In this document: in pieces, positions 43,332 through 58,708 of the stretch
Layout of the letters: every line of letters starts with the position of its first letter
Position numbering within the stretch: the stretch's first letter is position 1
Assembly (NCBI RefSeq): GCF_030384885.1
Contig: NZ_CP128613.1
Strand: one strand, 5' to 3'
Length of the DNA stretch: 64,000 nt
Source: Escherichia coli
GTDB lineage: Bacteria; Pseudomonadota; Gammaproteobacteria; Enterobacterales; Enterobacteriaceae
Notes under the pieces: generated by a model
Told to the model about the DNA's origin: nothing
Databases searched by the model: none
The model's input: only the letters and a program-made list of their open reading frames with translations
Translations under genes and position numbers: made by a program

Positions 43332-44648
43332 TCAAATCACCATATTCAGCAGCAGACAGCCTACCAGACCGCACACCGAGATAATGGTTTCCAGCATCGA
43401 CCAGGACTTGATGGTCTCGCCGATAGTCAGGTTAAAGTACTCTTTGAATAGCCAGAAGCCCGGATCGTTCACGTGAGAGAAAATCACACTACCGGAACCA
43501 ACCGCAATAACCATCAGTTCCGGGCTAACACCCGTCGTTGCAATTAGTGGTGCCGCGATACCCCCCGCAGTGATTGCCGCAACGGTTGCGGAACCCAGCG
43601 CGATACGCAGTACGGCGGCAATCGACCAGGCCATCAGCAGCGGAGAAATGTTGGTTTCGTGCATCATGGAAGCAATGTATTTGTCCACGCCGCTGTCTAC
43701 CAGCACCTGCTTGAACGCACCGCCACCACCGATGATCAACAGCATCATCGCGATGATTTTGATGGAAGAAACCAGCGTGTCGTTAATCTGATCCATTGAA
43801 CGACCACGGTTCAGACCAAAGGTGAACATCGCAATCAACACGGCAATCAGCGTTGCCATTACCGGGTCACCGAGGAACTCCGCCACTGGCAGGAAAGCGT
43901 GACCTTTCGGCAGGATCATTTCGGCAATTGCACGCATCGCCATCAGCACAACCGGCACCAGAGAAGTCCAGACGCTGACGCCAAAGCTTGGCATCTCTTC
44001 TTCGCTGAAGGTTTTCGCGCTGTACAGACCTTCCGGGATTGGCTTATCGATACCTTTCAGCACGCGAGCGTAAACCGGACCGGCGAGAATAACGGTTGGG
44101 ATTGCCAGAATAGTTCCGTACAGCAGGGTCTTACCCATATCGGCATTGAAAATGGTGGCAATCGCAGTTGGGCCCGGATGTGGCGGCAGGAAGCCGTGGG
44201 TCACAGACAGCGCAGCCGCCATTGGTACACCAACATACAGCAGCGGAATATTCGCGGAAGCCGCGATGGTAAACACCAGCGGCAGCATTAGCACGAAGCC
44301 CACTTCATAGAACAGGGCAAAACCGACAGTAAAACCGGTTAACACTACCGCCCATTGGATGTGTTTTTTACCAAATTTGGCAATCAGCGTGGTGGCGATA
44401 CGCTGTGCACCACCGCAGTCTGCCAGCATTTTGCCCAGCATCGCGCCAAAACCCATGATCAGGGCAAGGCTACCGAGCGTCCCGCCGACACCAGCTTTGA
44501 TGGAGCCAATAACTTTATCCAGCGGCATTCCCTGCATTAATCCAACAGCAAGCGCCACGAGGACGAGAGCGATGAATCCGTTCATTTTGAAGCGGATCAT
44601 CAGGAGCAACAACAAGATTACACCGATAGCAACAATGACTAATGGCAT
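43332..44648 (-). CDS. gntT: high-affinity gluconate transporter GntT
   Basis: 438-aa GntP-family permease, paralogous to GntU in this window. Confidence 0.94.
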   Translation of the reverse strand: MPLVIVAIGVILLLLLMIRFKMNGFIALVLVALAVGLMQGMPLDKVIGSIKAGVGGTLGSLALIMGFGAMLGKMLADCGGAQRIATTLIAKFGKKHIQWAVVLTGFTVGFALFYEVGFVLMLPLVFTIAASANIPLLYVGVPMAAALSVTHGFLPPHPGPTAIATIFNADMGKTLLYGTILAIPTVILAGPVYARVLKGIDKPIPEGLYSAKTFSEEEMPSFGVSVWTSLVPVVLMAMRAIAEMILPKGHAFLPVAEFLGDPVMATLIAVLIAMFTFGLNRGRSMDQINDTLVSSIKIIAMMLLIIGGGGAFKQVLVDSGVDKYIASMMHETNISPLLMAWSIAAVLRIALGSATVAAITAGGIAAPLIATTGVSPELMVIAVGSGSVIFSHVNDPGFWLFKEYFNLTIGETIKSWSMLETIISVCGLVGCLLLNMVI

Positions 44649-44669
44649 GATTTACCTGGCCTTTCATTT

Positions 44670-44824
44670 GTTATGGGTAACGTCAATTTTCTGACGACAA
44701 ACTCTAATTATCCCAATCGGGAACAGAGATATTGCGGCACCACGACTGATACCCACTAAAACTAATTATTGTAGTCAGATGTCAGGAGTATGTTTGGTAC
44801 CCACGTGAATGATACGGGTAACAT
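44670..44824 (-). promoter_or_regulatory. gntT control region with two GntR operators
   Basis: tgttatgggtaacg (44670-44683) and atgatacgggtaacat (44809-44824) are palindromic GntR-type sites upstream of gntT. Confidence 0.6.
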
Positions 44825-44947
44825 CTGGCGTTTGAGAATCACCAGAGCGGGGTAAATTTAAATTATGAGAGGTTGGTCATATTATCGCGGGGAAACGTAG
44901 GGACTGGATTTGCCGAGGCAATGTAGCGCCAACGCCTGGCAGACGGC

Positions 44948-44980
44948 CCGATAAGACGCTTTAGCGTCGCATCGGGCAAT
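44948..44980. repeat. REP-like palindromic element
   Basis: ccgataagacgctttagcgtcgcatcgggca, a REP-type imperfect palindrome in the intergenic region. Confidence 0.5.
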
Positions 44981-44999
44981 CTATAAAAGAGAGGATAAC

Positions 45000-45575
45000 T
45001 TAGTAGTAAGAGTGTTCGCCGCGCTGGTGTTCGGTGAGATCGCGTACACCTTTCAGCTCCGGGAATTCGTTCAGCAGCTGCTTTTCGATCCCTTCTTTCA
45101 GCGTCACATCGACCATTGAACAACCGTTACAACCGCCGCCAAATTGCAGAATGGCGTAACCGTCTTCGGTGATTTCCATCAGCGAAACGCGACCACCGTG
45201 ACCGGCAAGCTGTGGGTTGATCTGCGACTGCAGCATATACTCCACGCGCTCCATCAGCGGCGCATCGTCAGCTACTTTGCGCATTTTGGCGTTTGGGGCT
45301 TTCAGCGTCAGCTGAGAACCCAACTGGTCGGTAACAAAGTCGATCTCTGCATCTTCCAGGTAAGGCGCGCTTAACTCATCAACATACGCGGTCAGCAGGT
45401 CAAATTTCAGGGCAGTGTCGGTGGCTTCCACAGCGTCCGGCGGACAATAAGAAACGCCACATTCAGCGTTAGGCGTGCCAGGGTTAATCACAAATACGCG
45501 GATTTGTGTCCCTTCTTCCTGATTTGCCAGCAGTTTGGCAAAGTGCGCTTGTGCAGCATCGGAAATACGGATCAT
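45000..45575 (-). CDS. nfuA: Fe-S cluster carrier protein NfuA
   Basis: 191 aa; C-terminal Nfu CxxC motif (GGGCNGCSM). Confidence 0.93.
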
Positions 45576-45633
45576 AGTAATGGCCTAATAGTTGACTATT
45601 TTAGTTGGTTATAATACGCCCATCATCGAGGCT

Positions 45634-46335
<702 letters not shown>

Positions 46336-46336
46336 A

Positions 46337-47125
<789 letters not shown>

Positions 47126-47156
47126 ACAGCTGTTGAAATGGCGAGACAGAACTTTA

Positions 47157-48032
47157 CTAGCTCGCCGCAGCCAACTCCTCTTCTGACACCCCGGTAAATC
47201 GCATGATGTCTGCAAGAGGGACTCCGGATTCAAGCATTATTTTTGCTATATGCAAGGCTTTGGATTGTTCCCCCTCTTGCCGCAATCTTTCCGCAATAGT
47301 CATTAAACTCTCCTTGTGTTTCGGTGAACGTTCGGCAACGCCGTCGATAAAATCGTTAAAACGTACCGCATCGCCGGTTTGTAGTATGTAATTAAACAGC
47401 CCTTTGATTTGTCTGTCATTAGCGTATCCACTACTTAATAAGCAGGCCATTTGCTCTACTAGCCCCATCAGGTCGCGTTGACGTATATGTTTTTGAATTA
47501 GCTCCAGCAGCGCCATGCGCCGGTGCTGCATGATTTCATCATCAGGCATGACAGTGACATCAATCAGCGGAAATGCAGAGGCATAAAGCTGCCTTGCCAG
47601 TTTGGGATCGGCGAAACAATCCAGCCAACACAGTGAATAGGGATAGGGGCTTTCAATGCCGTGGTAAAACAACAATGGCACCACCATCGGCAACGTTTTG
47701 TATCCGGCATCCAGGTGATTTTGCATTGCGGCAATGGCGTAACGCATCATGCGAAATGCGATCAGTTTGTTTGAGGTGCTTTGATGTTCAATCAGACAAT
47801 AGATATATCCCGGTCCTTGTTCCGTTTTCACCGACCACAGCACGTCGGAATAGCTTTCACGCAGATCGTCATCAATAAAGCTGCTCGACTCCAGCTTGAG
47901 GGTTTTCATATCACAGAGCGCGTGAATAGGTGCCGGTAAATGGAACGCAAGAAAATCGCGCGCCGTCTCCGGTTGGCGTAAAAAGAGTTTGAACAGCGCA
48001 TCGTGTGGGGTGGAACTCTGCTTTTTGCTCAT
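47157..48032 (-). CDS. rpnA: Rpn-family recombination-promoting nuclease (transposase_31-like) YhgA/RpnA
   Basis: 291-aa ORF matching my recollection of YhgA. Confidence 0.82.
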   Translation of the reverse strand: MSKKQSSTPHDALFKLFLRQPETARDFLAFHLPAPIHALCDMKTLKLESSSFIDDDLRESYSDVLWSVKTEQGPGYIYCLIEHQSTSNKLIAFRMMRYAIAAMQNHLDAGYKTLPMVVPLLFYHGIESPYPYSLCWLDCFADPKLARQLYASAFPLIDVTVMPDDEIMQHRRMALLELIQKHIRQRDLMGLVEQMACLLSSGYANDRQIKGLFNYILQTGDAVRFNDFIDGVAERSPKHKESLMTIAERLRQEGEQSKALHIAKIMLESGVPLADIMRFTGVSEEELAAAS

Positions 48033-48233
48033 GGCGTTCCTTCACCTGTTGTTTGAATGCCGCGACTCTACGCGCCACTCCACACCTGTGCATTAGCGAG
48101 TTTTCATCCCTGCGAGACGCTTTCAGAGGAACTTACGTTGTACTGCAAGAGTTGCATTTTTATGGAAAGCCGCACGCAAAAAAGCCCGGTTGCAAACGCA
48201 TACCGGGCTTTCAAAACAGGTAGTAAAACAAGG

Positions 48234-48470
48234 TTAACGTAACGCCCACCACTCACGCAGACAGGCTTTGCCTTCCGGGCAGCTTTTACAACTCCCGGAG
48301 AGGCAGCCGTCAGGTTCTTCCTGAATTCGCACGGCTTTGCCCATACTTTCCAGCTGTTGCAGCATGGCGTTAATCATGGGTTGCGGAGTGTTCAATGTCT
48401 GGCTTATCTGGGCCGCTTCCATACGGCCCCGTAATGCCAGCAAATCACGCACCTGAATGAGCGAAGCCAT
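48234..48470 (-). CDS. feoC: ferrous iron transport protein FeoC
   Basis: Start set at [15 protein letters not shown]; winged-helix plus Cys-rich tail; 78 aa. Confidence 0.85.
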   Translation of the reverse strand: MASLIQVRDLLALRGRMEAAQISQTLNTPQPMINAMLQQLESMGKAVRIQEEPDGCLSGSCKSCPEGKACLREWWALR

Positions 48471-48480
48471 TGCTGTATCC

Positions 48481-50802
48481 TTAGTGGCAATCGCCAGTGG
48501 TGCTGGCTGCACAGCAACTGCTTACCGATTTGCGTGTTGCCAGCAGTTCGATATCGACCCGGCTACGTGCGCGACGCAGCAAACCGATAACCACGATGTT
48601 AAACAGGATAACCGCCAGAATGCACACCAGGCTGTAAGTTGGGTGCTGGCTGTAGCTGGCGACCTGGTAGAACAATGTTGCCAGTGAGTAAGCAATATTC
48701 AGCCCCCACAGGATGGAGAAGCCCATCCAGCCACGGCTTGATTCACGGGCGATGGCCCCCATCACCGAGATACACGGTACATACAGCAGAACGAAAATCA
48801 GGTAGCTGTAAGCAGCTGCTGCGCTTCCAAATTTCTGATCCATCACGCCCATCGCTCCGGTACCCATTTCACCGTCGCCTTTGCTCGCTTCAATGGGGTT
48901 CATCAGTACGCTAAGACTGAAGGTGTCTTTCAGACTCTGCCAGGTTTCATCTACCGCGCTGAATAGCTCTTCACCGAGGTTAAATTCCGCCGGATTGAAC
49001 TCTTCATCCTGAATATTTTCTGCGGTGTAGAGAGTGTTGAGCGTACCCACTACCACTTCTTTCGCCATTGCGCCCGTGAACAGGCCAACTGTTGCCTGCC
49101 AGTTATCTTCATGTACACCAATCGGCTTGAAGACCGGGGTGATCACCCGACTAACGGAAGCCAATGCGGAGTCGTTGATGTTATCGACGATTTTCCCGCT
49201 CAGAGAGAAGCTGTTGAAAGCGCTCAGGAAAATGCTGACGATGATAATCACTTTACCAGCACGCAGAACGAAACCTTTCAGACGCTGCCAGGTCTGGATA
49301 ATCAGGCTTTTAACGTGTGGTACATGGTAGACCGGTAGCTCCATGACAAACGGCGTCGCTTCACCGCGCATGATGGTGTACTTGAGCATCAGGCCAGTCA
49401 GCACCGCCATCACAATACCGAGCATATACAGCGAGAAGACCGCCAGCGCACCGTTCTGCCCGAAGAAGGCAGCCGCGAATACGGCGAAGATAGCCAGACG
49501 CGCGCCGCAGGACATAAACGGTGCCATCATGATGGTCATCAGACGTTCACGCGGTGCATCAAGCGTACGTGCGCCCATTACCGACGGTACGTTACAACCG
49601 AAACCAACGATCAGCGGTACAAAGGATTTCCCGGGCAAGCCCAGCGCCTGCATCAGACGGTCCATCACAAACGCCGCACGCGCCATATAGCCGGAGTCCT
49701 CGAGGAAGGAGAGGAACAGGTACATCATGCCGATCTGTGGCACCAGTGGCAGAACGGTGTTAATACCGCCCCCCAGGCCCTGGGCGAGGAAGATAGTCAG
49801 CCAGTCCGGGAAGTGGAGCGTGTAGCCAATCCACTGAATACCATGCACAAATAGCGCCACGGAGCCGACGTCAAACAGTGGCTGTAACGCCCCGCCGATG
49901 TTGATAGCCAACAGGAACATCAGGTACATCACAAAGAGGAAAATCGGCAGACCGAGGAAACGGTTGAGCACGATTTTATCTACCGCAGTGGTGAAACGGC
50001 TGGGTTCTGCCGTCAGGGTGTTGCTTACCACATCACAGATGGCAGCAATGCACTGGTAACGCGCATCGGCAATGTGCAGCGCCGGATCGTCCATCTCATT
50101 ACGCAGACGGGCGAGGGCGGCATCAAGATGCTGCGACGCTTCACCGGCGTAGGCGCGGCTGTAGATATCGCCTTCCAGCATTTGCAGGCCCAGCCAGCGA
50201 CGTTGTTTGAGCGGGATGTCGGAAGGCATCACTTTTGCCAGTGAATCTGCTTCGTTGAGCAGCGGCTGTGCGTAATGCACCAGTTCCACATTCTCGTTAG
50301 CTTTATAGCGATCAATCGCCAGCTTGAGCGCTTCAATACCGCGACCACGAGTTGAAACCAGCGGGATCACCGGGCAGCCAAGACGTGCCGACAGAGCATC
50401 AATTTCAATGCGAATATTTTGCTTCTCGGCAATGTCGAGCATGTTCAGCGCCACGATGCAGGGAATGCCGAGTTCCAGCAGTTGTAGCGTCAGGTACAGG
50501 TTACGCTCAAGGTTAGACGCATCCACCACGTTAATCAGCAGGTCAGCGTCGCCACTCAAAATGTAGTGACAGGCGATTTGCTCATCGAGCGAGGTCTGCG
50601 ATGAGATGGTGGTCAGAGAATAGGTGCCGGGGAGGTCCACCAGCGTGACCTGATGATCGGTGGTGGAGAATTGCCCTTCTTTACGTTCGACGGTAACGCC
50701 AGCCCAGTTACCTACACGCTGGCGCGCGCCGGTGAGCTGGTTAAATAAGGTTGTCTTGCCAGAATTTGGATTACCAATTAAGCCAATGGTTAATTTTTTC
50801 AT
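48481..50802 (-). CDS. feoB: ferrous iron transporter FeoB (GTPase plus permease)
   Basis: Start set at [21 protein letters not shown] (G1 motif); large polytopic C-terminal domain. Confidence 0.95.
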   Translation of the reverse strand: MKKLTIGLIGNPNSGKTTLFNQLTGARQRVGNWAGVTVERKEGQFSTTDHQVTLVDLPGTYSLTTISSQTSLDEQIACHYILSGDADLLINVVDASNLERNLYLTLQLLELGIPCIVALNMLDIAEKQNIRIEIDALSARLGCPVIPLVSTRGRGIEALKLAIDRYKANENVELVHYAQPLLNEADSLAKVMPSDIPLKQRRWLGLQMLEGDIYSRAYAGEASQHLDAALARLRNEMDDPALHIADARYQCIAAICDVVSNTLTAEPSRFTTAVDKIVLNRFLGLPIFLFVMYLMFLLAINIGGALQPLFDVGSVALFVHGIQWIGYTLHFPDWLTIFLAQGLGGGINTVLPLVPQIGMMYLFLSFLEDSGYMARAAFVMDRLMQALGLPGKSFVPLIVGFGCNVPSVMGARTLDAPRERLMTIMMAPFMSCGARLAIFAVFAAAFFGQNGALAVFSLYMLGIVMAVLTGLMLKYTIMRGEATPFVMELPVYHVPHVKSLIIQTWQRLKGFVLRAGKVIIIVSIFLSAFNSFSLSGKIVDNINDSALASVSRVITPVFKPIGVHEDNWQATVGLFTGAMAKEVVVGTLNTLYTAENIQDEEFNPAEFNLGEELFSAVDETWQSLKDTFSLSVLMNPIEASKGDGEMGTGAMGVMDQKFGSAAAAYSYLIFVLLYVPCISVMGAIARESSRGWMGFSILWGLNIAYSLATLFYQVASYSQHPTYSLVCILAVILFNIVVIGLLRRARSRVDIELLATRKSVSSCCAASTTGDCH

Positions 50803-50818
50803 TGTTGTTATCACCGTA

Positions 50819-51046
50819 TTAACAGGAAACCGCTTCCACTTCTAATAAGGCCAGATCTTTTTTGCGTAATACCAGGCTCACACGACGGGTTTCGATATGA
50901 ATGGGGTCGCCAAGTGGAGCGACGCGCACCACATTAAAAGAGGAGCCAGGTAACATGCCAAGAGAAAGCAGTTTTTGGCGATATGCCGGGCTGATTTCAC
51001 GGGAAAAGCCAGTGATTTTCCACGCAGTATCTGGAGTGTATTGCAT
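50819..51046 (-). CDS. feoA: ferrous iron transport protein FeoA
   Basis: 75-aa SH3-like ORF upstream of feoB. Confidence 0.9.
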   Translation of the reverse strand: MQYTPDTAWKITGFSREISPAYRQKLLSLGMLPGSSFNVVRVAPLGDPIHIETRRVSLVLRKKDLALLEVEAVSC

Positions 51047-51154
51047 AGGTGCCTACTTGTTTCTCATTAACTGGATAACTACCTCATGGGGCGTTTGACA
51101 GCGACATGAGACCAGATGATTTGCCAACAAAGGAGAGATTAAATAATCAACAAC

Positions 51155-51177
51155 ACAATGATAATGAGAATGGTTTC
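51155..51177 (-). promoter_or_regulatory. candidate Fur box in the feoABC promoter region
   Basis: aatgataatgagaatggtttc resembles the Fur consensus, about 110 bp upstream of the feoA start. Confidence 0.45.
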
Positions 51178-51430
51178 TATCAGCAATACTTAAAATGTGT
51201 GCGAATGTTGGTTTAGATAATAATCTGCGTGAATGTTGATGTGGCTCAAGGTTATATCGCAGCGAAAATATAATTCGAATGGCGAATTATCAGGGCGGGT
51301 TAATGTTTAATTAAGGTTTCATTTGTTAATTAAGTGATAAATATTGACGAAATATAGTGTGAGTTTCGTTGTGGAATAAAAATGCCGGAGATATTCTCCG
51401 GCATTTTTATGTCAGGCATGGCGTTTATTG

Positions 51431-51464
51431 CCAGATGCGGCGTGAACGCCTGATCTGGCCTACG
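51431..51464. repeat. REP element
   Basis: gccagatgcggcgtgaacgcctgatctggcctac is a classic REP sequence. Confidence 0.75.
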
Positions 51465-51502
51465 ATCTTGTGCAAATTCGAACCGTAGGCCAATCAGGAG
51501 GT

Positions 51503-53824
51503 TTAACGTTTTTTGCCCATTGCCGCCGCCAGCGCATCCATCATCGCGCTGTTACCGGCAGGCTGCGCTTCACGACCGCGTGGTTTGGCTGCCGGGCGGT
51601 TGTTTTGCGGGCGTTCATTACCGCCCCCGCGACGGGCGTTGGTTTCGCCAGGCTGCTCGTCCAGACGCATAGTCAGGGCGATACGTTTACGCTGAAGATC
51701 CACTTCCAGCACTTTCACCTTCACAATGTCGCCCGCTTTCACCACGGTATGCGGATCTTCCACAAACTTGTTCGACAATGAAGAGATGTGAACCAGGCCG
51801 TCCTGATGTACGCCAATATCGACAAACGCGCCAAAGTTGGTGACGTTGGTCACCGCACCTTCGAGGATCATACCCGGTTGCAGGTCGTTCATTGTCTCGA
51901 CGCCATCGGCAAACTGGGCGGTTTTAAATTCCGGACGCGGATCGCGACCCGGTTTTTCCAGCTCTTTGATGATGTCGGTTACCGTCGGCACACCGAATTT
52001 CTCATCAGTAAAGTCAGACGCTTTCAGGTTACGCAGTTCGCTGCTGTTACCCATCAGATCTTTCAGTGCCTGCTGTGTTGCTGCCAGAATGCGTTCCACC
52101 ACCGGATAGGCTTCCGGGTGAACAGTAGAGGCGTCCAGCGGGTTGTCACCGTGGTTAATGCGCAAGAAGCCTGCGCACTGCTCGAAGGCTTTTGGCCCCA
52201 GGCGGCTGACTTTTAACAGTTGCTGGCGGTTCTGGAACTGGCCGTTCTCATCGCGCCAGGCCACAATGTTTTGCGCCATCATGCGCGTCAGGCCCGCCAC
52301 GCGGGTTAACAGCGGAACGGAAGCGGTGTTGAGATCGACGCCAACGGCGTTTACGCAGTCTTCTACTACTGCATCCAGTTTGCGGGCCAGCTGCGTCTGG
52401 CTGACGTCATGCTGATACTGACCTACGCCGATAGATTTCGGATCGATTTTCACCAGCTCCGCCAGCGGATCCTGCAAACGACGGGCGATAGACACCGCGC
52501 CACGCAGCGAAACATCGAGATCCGGGAACTCCTGCGCTGCCAGCTCGGAAGCCGAGTAAACCGACGCGCCTGCTTCGCTGACGATCACTTTCTGTGCGGT
52601 CACTTTCGGAAACTGCTTCTGAACGTCGAGATAGAAACGCTCAGTTTCGCGGGAAGCCGTACCGTTACCGATTGCCACCAGTTCAACGTTATGTTTTTCA
52701 CACAAGGCAGCAACGGTCATCGCTGCTTTTGCGGCTTGTCCGGTGTGCGGATAAATGGTGTCGGTCGCCACCAGTTTACCCGTCGCATCGACTACCGCCA
52801 CTTTTACCCCGGTACGCAGACCCGGATCGAGGCCCATCGTCGCACGCAGTCCGGCTGGGGCCGCCATCAGCAGATCGTGCAGGTTACGGGCAAAGACGTT
52901 GATTGCTTCATCTTCTGCACGTTCGCGCACTGTACCCATCAGTTCGGTTTCCAGGTGCATCAGCACCTTGATGCGCCAGGTCCAGCTCACCACGCCTTTG
53001 CGCCAGCTATCCGCCGGGGCATTGTTCAGGCGCAGACCGAGGTGATCCATGATGATTTGCTCGCAATAGCTCTCTTTTGGCGGTTCGTCGAACTGCGGAT
53101 CGGCATTTAGCGAAAGCTGGAGTACGCCTTCGTTACGCCCACGGAACATCGCCAGCGCGCGGTGAGAAGGCACCGTTGACAGCGGTTCGTGATGATCGAA
53201 ATAGTCGCGGAATTTCGCCCCTTCCTCTTCTTTACCGTTCACCACCGTAGAAACCAAATGCGCGTTCTTCCACAGATAATCACGCACTTTCGCCAGCAGC
53301 GCGGCATCTTCGGCAAACCGTTCCATCAGGATATAGCGCGCGCCGTCCAGCGCGGCTTTGGTATCTGCTACGCCTTTATCGGCATCAACATATTGTGCAG
53401 CGGCGACTTCTGGCGTGTGCGACGGATCGTTCCACAGTAGGTCGGCCAGTGGCTCAAGTCCTGCTTCAATAGCAATTTGCCCGCGGGTGCGGCGTTTAGG
53501 TTTGTAGGGCAGGTAGAGGTCTTCGAGTTCGGTTTTGCTTAAGGTGGCGTTGATAGCATTCGCCAGCTCGTCGGTCAGTTTGCCTTGCTCGGAAATGGAC
53601 TTGAGGATTGCCTGACGTCTCTCTTCCAGCTCGCGCAAATAGCTCAGACGCGTTTCCAGATTACGCAGTTGCGTGTCATCCAGACCGCCGGTGATTTCCT
53701 TACGATAACGTGCGATAAACGGCACGGTATTCCCTTCGTCAAGCAGGCGAACGGCAGCGTCAACCTGTTCCGGGCGCGCCTGAATTTCACCCGCAATAAT
53801 GCGGCAGAACGAATCATTCATCAT
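51503..53824 (-). CDS. yhgF: Tex-like RNA-binding protein YhgF (S1 domain)
   Basis: 773 aa; C-terminal S1 domain and basic tail. Confidence 0.93.
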   Translation of the reverse strand: MMNDSFCRIIAGEIQARPEQVDAAVRLLDEGNTVPFIARYRKEITGGLDDTQLRNLETRLSYLRELEERRQAILKSISEQGKLTDELANAINATLSKTELEDLYLPYKPKRRTRGQIAIEAGLEPLADLLWNDPSHTPEVAAAQYVDADKGVADTKAALDGARYILMERFAEDAALLAKVRDYLWKNAHLVSTVVNGKEEEGAKFRDYFDHHEPLSTVPSHRALAMFRGRNEGVLQLSLNADPQFDEPPKESYCEQIIMDHLGLRLNNAPADSWRKGVVSWTWRIKVLMHLETELMGTVRERAEDEAINVFARNLHDLLMAAPAGLRATMGLDPGLRTGVKVAVVDATGKLVATDTIYPHTGQAAKAAMTVAALCEKHNVELVAIGNGTASRETERFYLDVQKQFPKVTAQKVIVSEAGASVYSASELAAQEFPDLDVSLRGAVSIARRLQDPLAELVKIDPKSIGVGQYQHDVSQTQLARKLDAVVEDCVNAVGVDLNTASVPLLTRVAGLTRMMAQNIVAWRDENGQFQNRQQLLKVSRLGPKAFEQCAGFLRINHGDNPLDASTVHPEAYPVVERILAATQQALKDLMGNSSELRNLKASDFTDEKFGVPTVTDIIKELEKPGRDPRPEFKTAQFADGVETMNDLQPGMILEGAVTNVTNFGAFVDIGVHQDGLVHISSLSNKFVEDPHTVVKAGDIVKVKVLEVDLQRKRIALTMRLDEQPGETNARRGGGNERPQNNRPAAKPRGREAQPAGNSAMMDALAAAMGKKR

Positions 53825-53920
53825 GGTTTGAGTTCATCTTTTCGGATCAAAAATCAGGGGATAGTTATACGGACTGGCTGGCAAAAATGCCAGCCATCGG
53901 CAGGAGGTTAAGACTCTTCC

Positions 53921-54397
53921 TTACGGTTTCACGTACTCGATAGCATTAACATACCAGCTCGCTTCCCCGGCAGGGGTATTGACCACTGCCAGATCGCCCA
54001 CTTCTTTTTTCAGCAATGCGCGGGCCATTGGGGAATCGATAGAGATGTAATCTTTACGGCCAAAAATTTCATCGTAGCCGACAATGCGAAAACGGTGAGT
54101 CACGCCATCGTCGTTTTCAATCTCCACCCATGCGCCAAAAAAGACTTTGCCTTCCTGTTGCGGGGAGTAATCGACGATTTTGAGATTTTCCATGCATTTA
54201 GTGAGATAGCGCACGCGACGGTCGATTTCACGCAGACGCTTTTTATTATACTGATAGTCAGCATTTTCGCTGCGGTCGCCCAGACTTGCAGCCCAGGTCA
54301 CTTTTTTTGTGACCTCCGGGCGCTCTTCACGCCAGAGATAATTTAGCTCTTGTTTGAGTTTTTCATACCCTTCCCGGGTAACCAGGGGCGTTTTCAT
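53921..54397 (-). CDS. greB: transcription elongation factor GreB
   Basis: Start set at MKTPLVTREGYEKLKQEL; 158 aa. Confidence 0.93.
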   Translation of the reverse strand: MKTPLVTREGYEKLKQELNYLWREERPEVTKKVTWAASLGDRSENADYQYNKKRLREIDRRVRYLTKCMENLKIVDYSPQQEGKVFFGAWVEIENDDGVTHRFRIVGYDEIFGRKDYISIDSPMARALLKKEVGDLAVVNTPAGEASWYVNAIEYVKP

Positions 54398-54624
54398 CTC
54401 GTTGATTCCCTTTGTCTGTTTGATAATGCGCACATTGGGTATAACGTGATCATATCAACAGAATCAATAATGTTTCGCCGAATAAATTGTATACTTAAGC
54501 TGCTGTTTAATATGCTTTGTAACAATTTAGGCTGAAATTCATACCAGATTTAGCTGGTGACGAACGTAAGCTTTTTTAAGAATACACGCTTACAAATTGT
54601 TGCGAACCTTTGGGAGTACAAAGA

Positions 54625-56693
<2,069 letters not shown>

Positions 56694-56695
56694 AT

Positions 56696-56731
56696 AAAAC
56701 GGGAGGAGAAGGAGCCTCCTGTTTTATTTTG
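56696..56731 (+). terminator. envZ rho-independent terminator
   Basis: aaaacgggagg-agaaggag-cctcctgtttt followed by atttt. Confidence 0.7.
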
Positions 56732-56856
56732 TGCACTCAGTATCTACTGAATGAATACGGTCTCAGACATCGGCACCATACGAAGTAAAGTGTACTGTAA
56801 GCTGATTGCAGGCTAGCGTATCCTGATTAGTAAAAGCACACTAAAGGAATAGCTTG

Positions 56857-58140
56857 ATGCAACTTACCAACGAAGAACAAGTACAGATTGCTCGTATAAA
56901 AGAAAAAATCCCACGCATTGCCGCACTGGATCCTGAATGTAAGTTATTCGGTTCTGAAGGTTGGAAATATCAATGGCCGAAGCCTGCCAGCGAGGCGGAA
57001 ATAGCTTCCTGGGAGAAAAAACATAGCGTCACTTTGCCACGGGAATATCGAATTTTTCTTCGCTATATCGCTAATGGCGGTCCGGCACATGCCTACGGTC
57101 TTGAATCTTTAGGCGGTACAGATATTTATGGCGATATAACAAAAGAAAGCCCTGTACCGCTTTATATGACGCAGCAGGATGTTGATGTGTTGAATGCTGG
57201 CCGTACAGAAGATGATGAAGAATATAGTTTTTTTGACGGCGCATTGACCATTCTCACCCTGGGATGTACTTATGATATTTGCCTGGTGGTGACGGGGCAG
57301 TATCGCGGAAGGTTAATGCTGACTGATGGTGATGAAGATTATCCGTTTGATTTTATATATGATAAAAATTTCCTCAACTGGTATGAACGCTGGCTGGACG
57401 ATTTTATTGCTGGCATGAGTATGAAGGGTTTCGATAGAAGTTTGCCAGGAACGCAAATTCAACTGCGTGAGTGGTTTTTAACTGAGAAAATCCCGGATTT
57501 ACGTAGATCCATTTTATTCTCGCTATGCCGTTTTCCACAGATAGAACCCGAAACTTTTGCCCTTTGGGAACATGTTTGCCGTACAGAGAATGATAAAGAA
57601 TTGTGTGAAGAGGCATTCATAAGATTACGCCAAAAAAAAGTTTCTTGTGCTGCAGATATTTTTCGACTCTATTTTGCAATGTCAGATGAATTACGTGATA
57701 TTGCTATTAAAGATCTCCGTTTTGCCTGTAGAGATAGTGTGGTGAATATTGAGGATTATATTCATTCACTGTTAATAATAATGCCTGAACTTGACGATGA
57801 CACTCTATCCTCAGCTGTCTTTGCTATACGAGAAACAGAGTATAATAAATATGATACTTTTCTGCCGCTTCTCGAACGTATCACTGATGACCGTCAGCAA
57901 ACATTATTGTGGGCGATGAGTAAGGCGCCTGATTTCAATGAAAGCCGAGGATTCGTTGAGTTGGTATTACCGCTTTTTGCATCATCAAAGATGGAGAATG
58001 TAAGGAAGGCTATTTTGTTGCTCATTGAAGTTAAAGATAATCGTATTCCACCATTGGTTGATGAAGCTGCAACTCGTTTCCCTGAACTGACCATTTTACG
58101 AGAAAACTACTATCTCAGGACGTGGGGACATAAGCCATAA
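56857..58140 (+). CDS. islet 2 ORF A: SUKH (SMI1/KNR4)-like N-terminal domain fused to a C-terminal alpha-helical repeat (HEAT/ARM-like) domain
   Basis: ATG at 56857 with AAAGGA Shine-Dalgarno 8 nt upstream; N-terminal motif SWEKKHSVTLPREYRIFLRYIANGG and YDKNFLNWYERWLDDFI typical of SMI1/KNR4; C-terminal half has repeated helix pairs. Confidence 0.7.
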   Translation: MQLTNEEQVQIARIKEKIPRIAALDPECKLFGSEGWKYQWPKPASEAEIASWEKKHSVTLPREYRIFLRYIANGGPAHAYGLESLGGTDIYGDITKESPVPLYMTQQDVDVLNAGRTEDDEEYSFFDGALTILTLGCTYDICLVVTGQYRGRLMLTDGDEDYPFDFIYDKNFLNWYERWLDDFIAGMSMKGFDRSLPGTQIQLREWFLTEKIPDLRRSILFSLCRFPQIEPETFALWEHVCRTENDKELCEEAFIRLRQKKVSCAADIFRLYFAMSDELRDIAIKDLRFACRDSVVNIEDYIHSLLIIMPELDDDTLSSAVFAIRETEYNKYDTFLPLLERITDDRQQTLLWAMSKAPDFNESRGFVELVLPLFASSKMENVRKAILLLIEVKDNRIPPLVDEAATRFPELTILRENYYLRTWGHKP

Positions 58141-58177
58141 ATTAATGGTTCAGAAATGATCTAACGCGGAGAAAAAT

Positions 58178-58708
58178 ATGATCAGGGAACATATTCAGCA
58201 AGCGATAAATAATAGGTTAGCATTTGATGGCCCATTCAATGTTGTTCCTGAACCTGCAAGCACTGCGTTTGATAGCCGGATCCCGACATTGAAAAACGGT
58301 GTCTGGCAGAAGGCCAGCCCTATGTTGCAGGCGCGTTTTGCACATTGTGGACGTTGGTTAAGCGCTACACATGGAAGCTGGCTAAGTATAAGTGACATGG
58401 AAACGCTTTGGCAGGAACACATAGAAGATACGTTTCTTGATGAAATCAAAATGAATGCTGTAGCTTCAAGTGATAATTGGGATAACCATGCCTTGGGACT
58501 ATTTCGTTCTCATCGCCTGTCACTTTTTGCCGGTAGTGATTACAGTTATGAAATGGTTTTTCTCCTTTGGCTAGATAGTACCGTTGAGCCAGAGGTCTGG
58601 GTTTATGACTGCAATGGGGAATCACGTTATAAAGATCTTAATGATTACCTGAATGCATATATTAATGATGACGTAAGCGCCTGTGAGCGCTCTTGGCGAG
58701 TAGAATGA
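58178..58708 (+). CDS. islet 2 ORF B: hypothetical 176-aa cytoplasmic protein
   Basis: ATG with GGAG Shine-Dalgarno; no confident family assignment by eye; the C-terminal EPEVWVYDCNGESRYKDLNDYLNAYIN loosely resembles the C-terminal signature of SUKH-type immunity proteins. Confidence 0.55.
   Translation: MIREHIQQAINNRLAFDGPFNVVPEPASTAFDSRIPTLKNGVWQKASPMLQARFAHCGRWLSATHGSWLSISDMETLWQEHIEDTFLDEIKMNAVASSDNWDNHALGLFRSHRLSLFAGSDYSYEMVFLLWLDSTVEPEVWVYDCNGESRYKDLNDYLNAYINDDVSACERSWRVE

Noticed and set aside
52409-53110. 233-aa plus-strand ORF inside yhgF, and other plus-strand ORFs 51788-53911
   Set aside because: Antisense to the 773-aa Tex-like YhgF frame, which carries a clear S1 domain.
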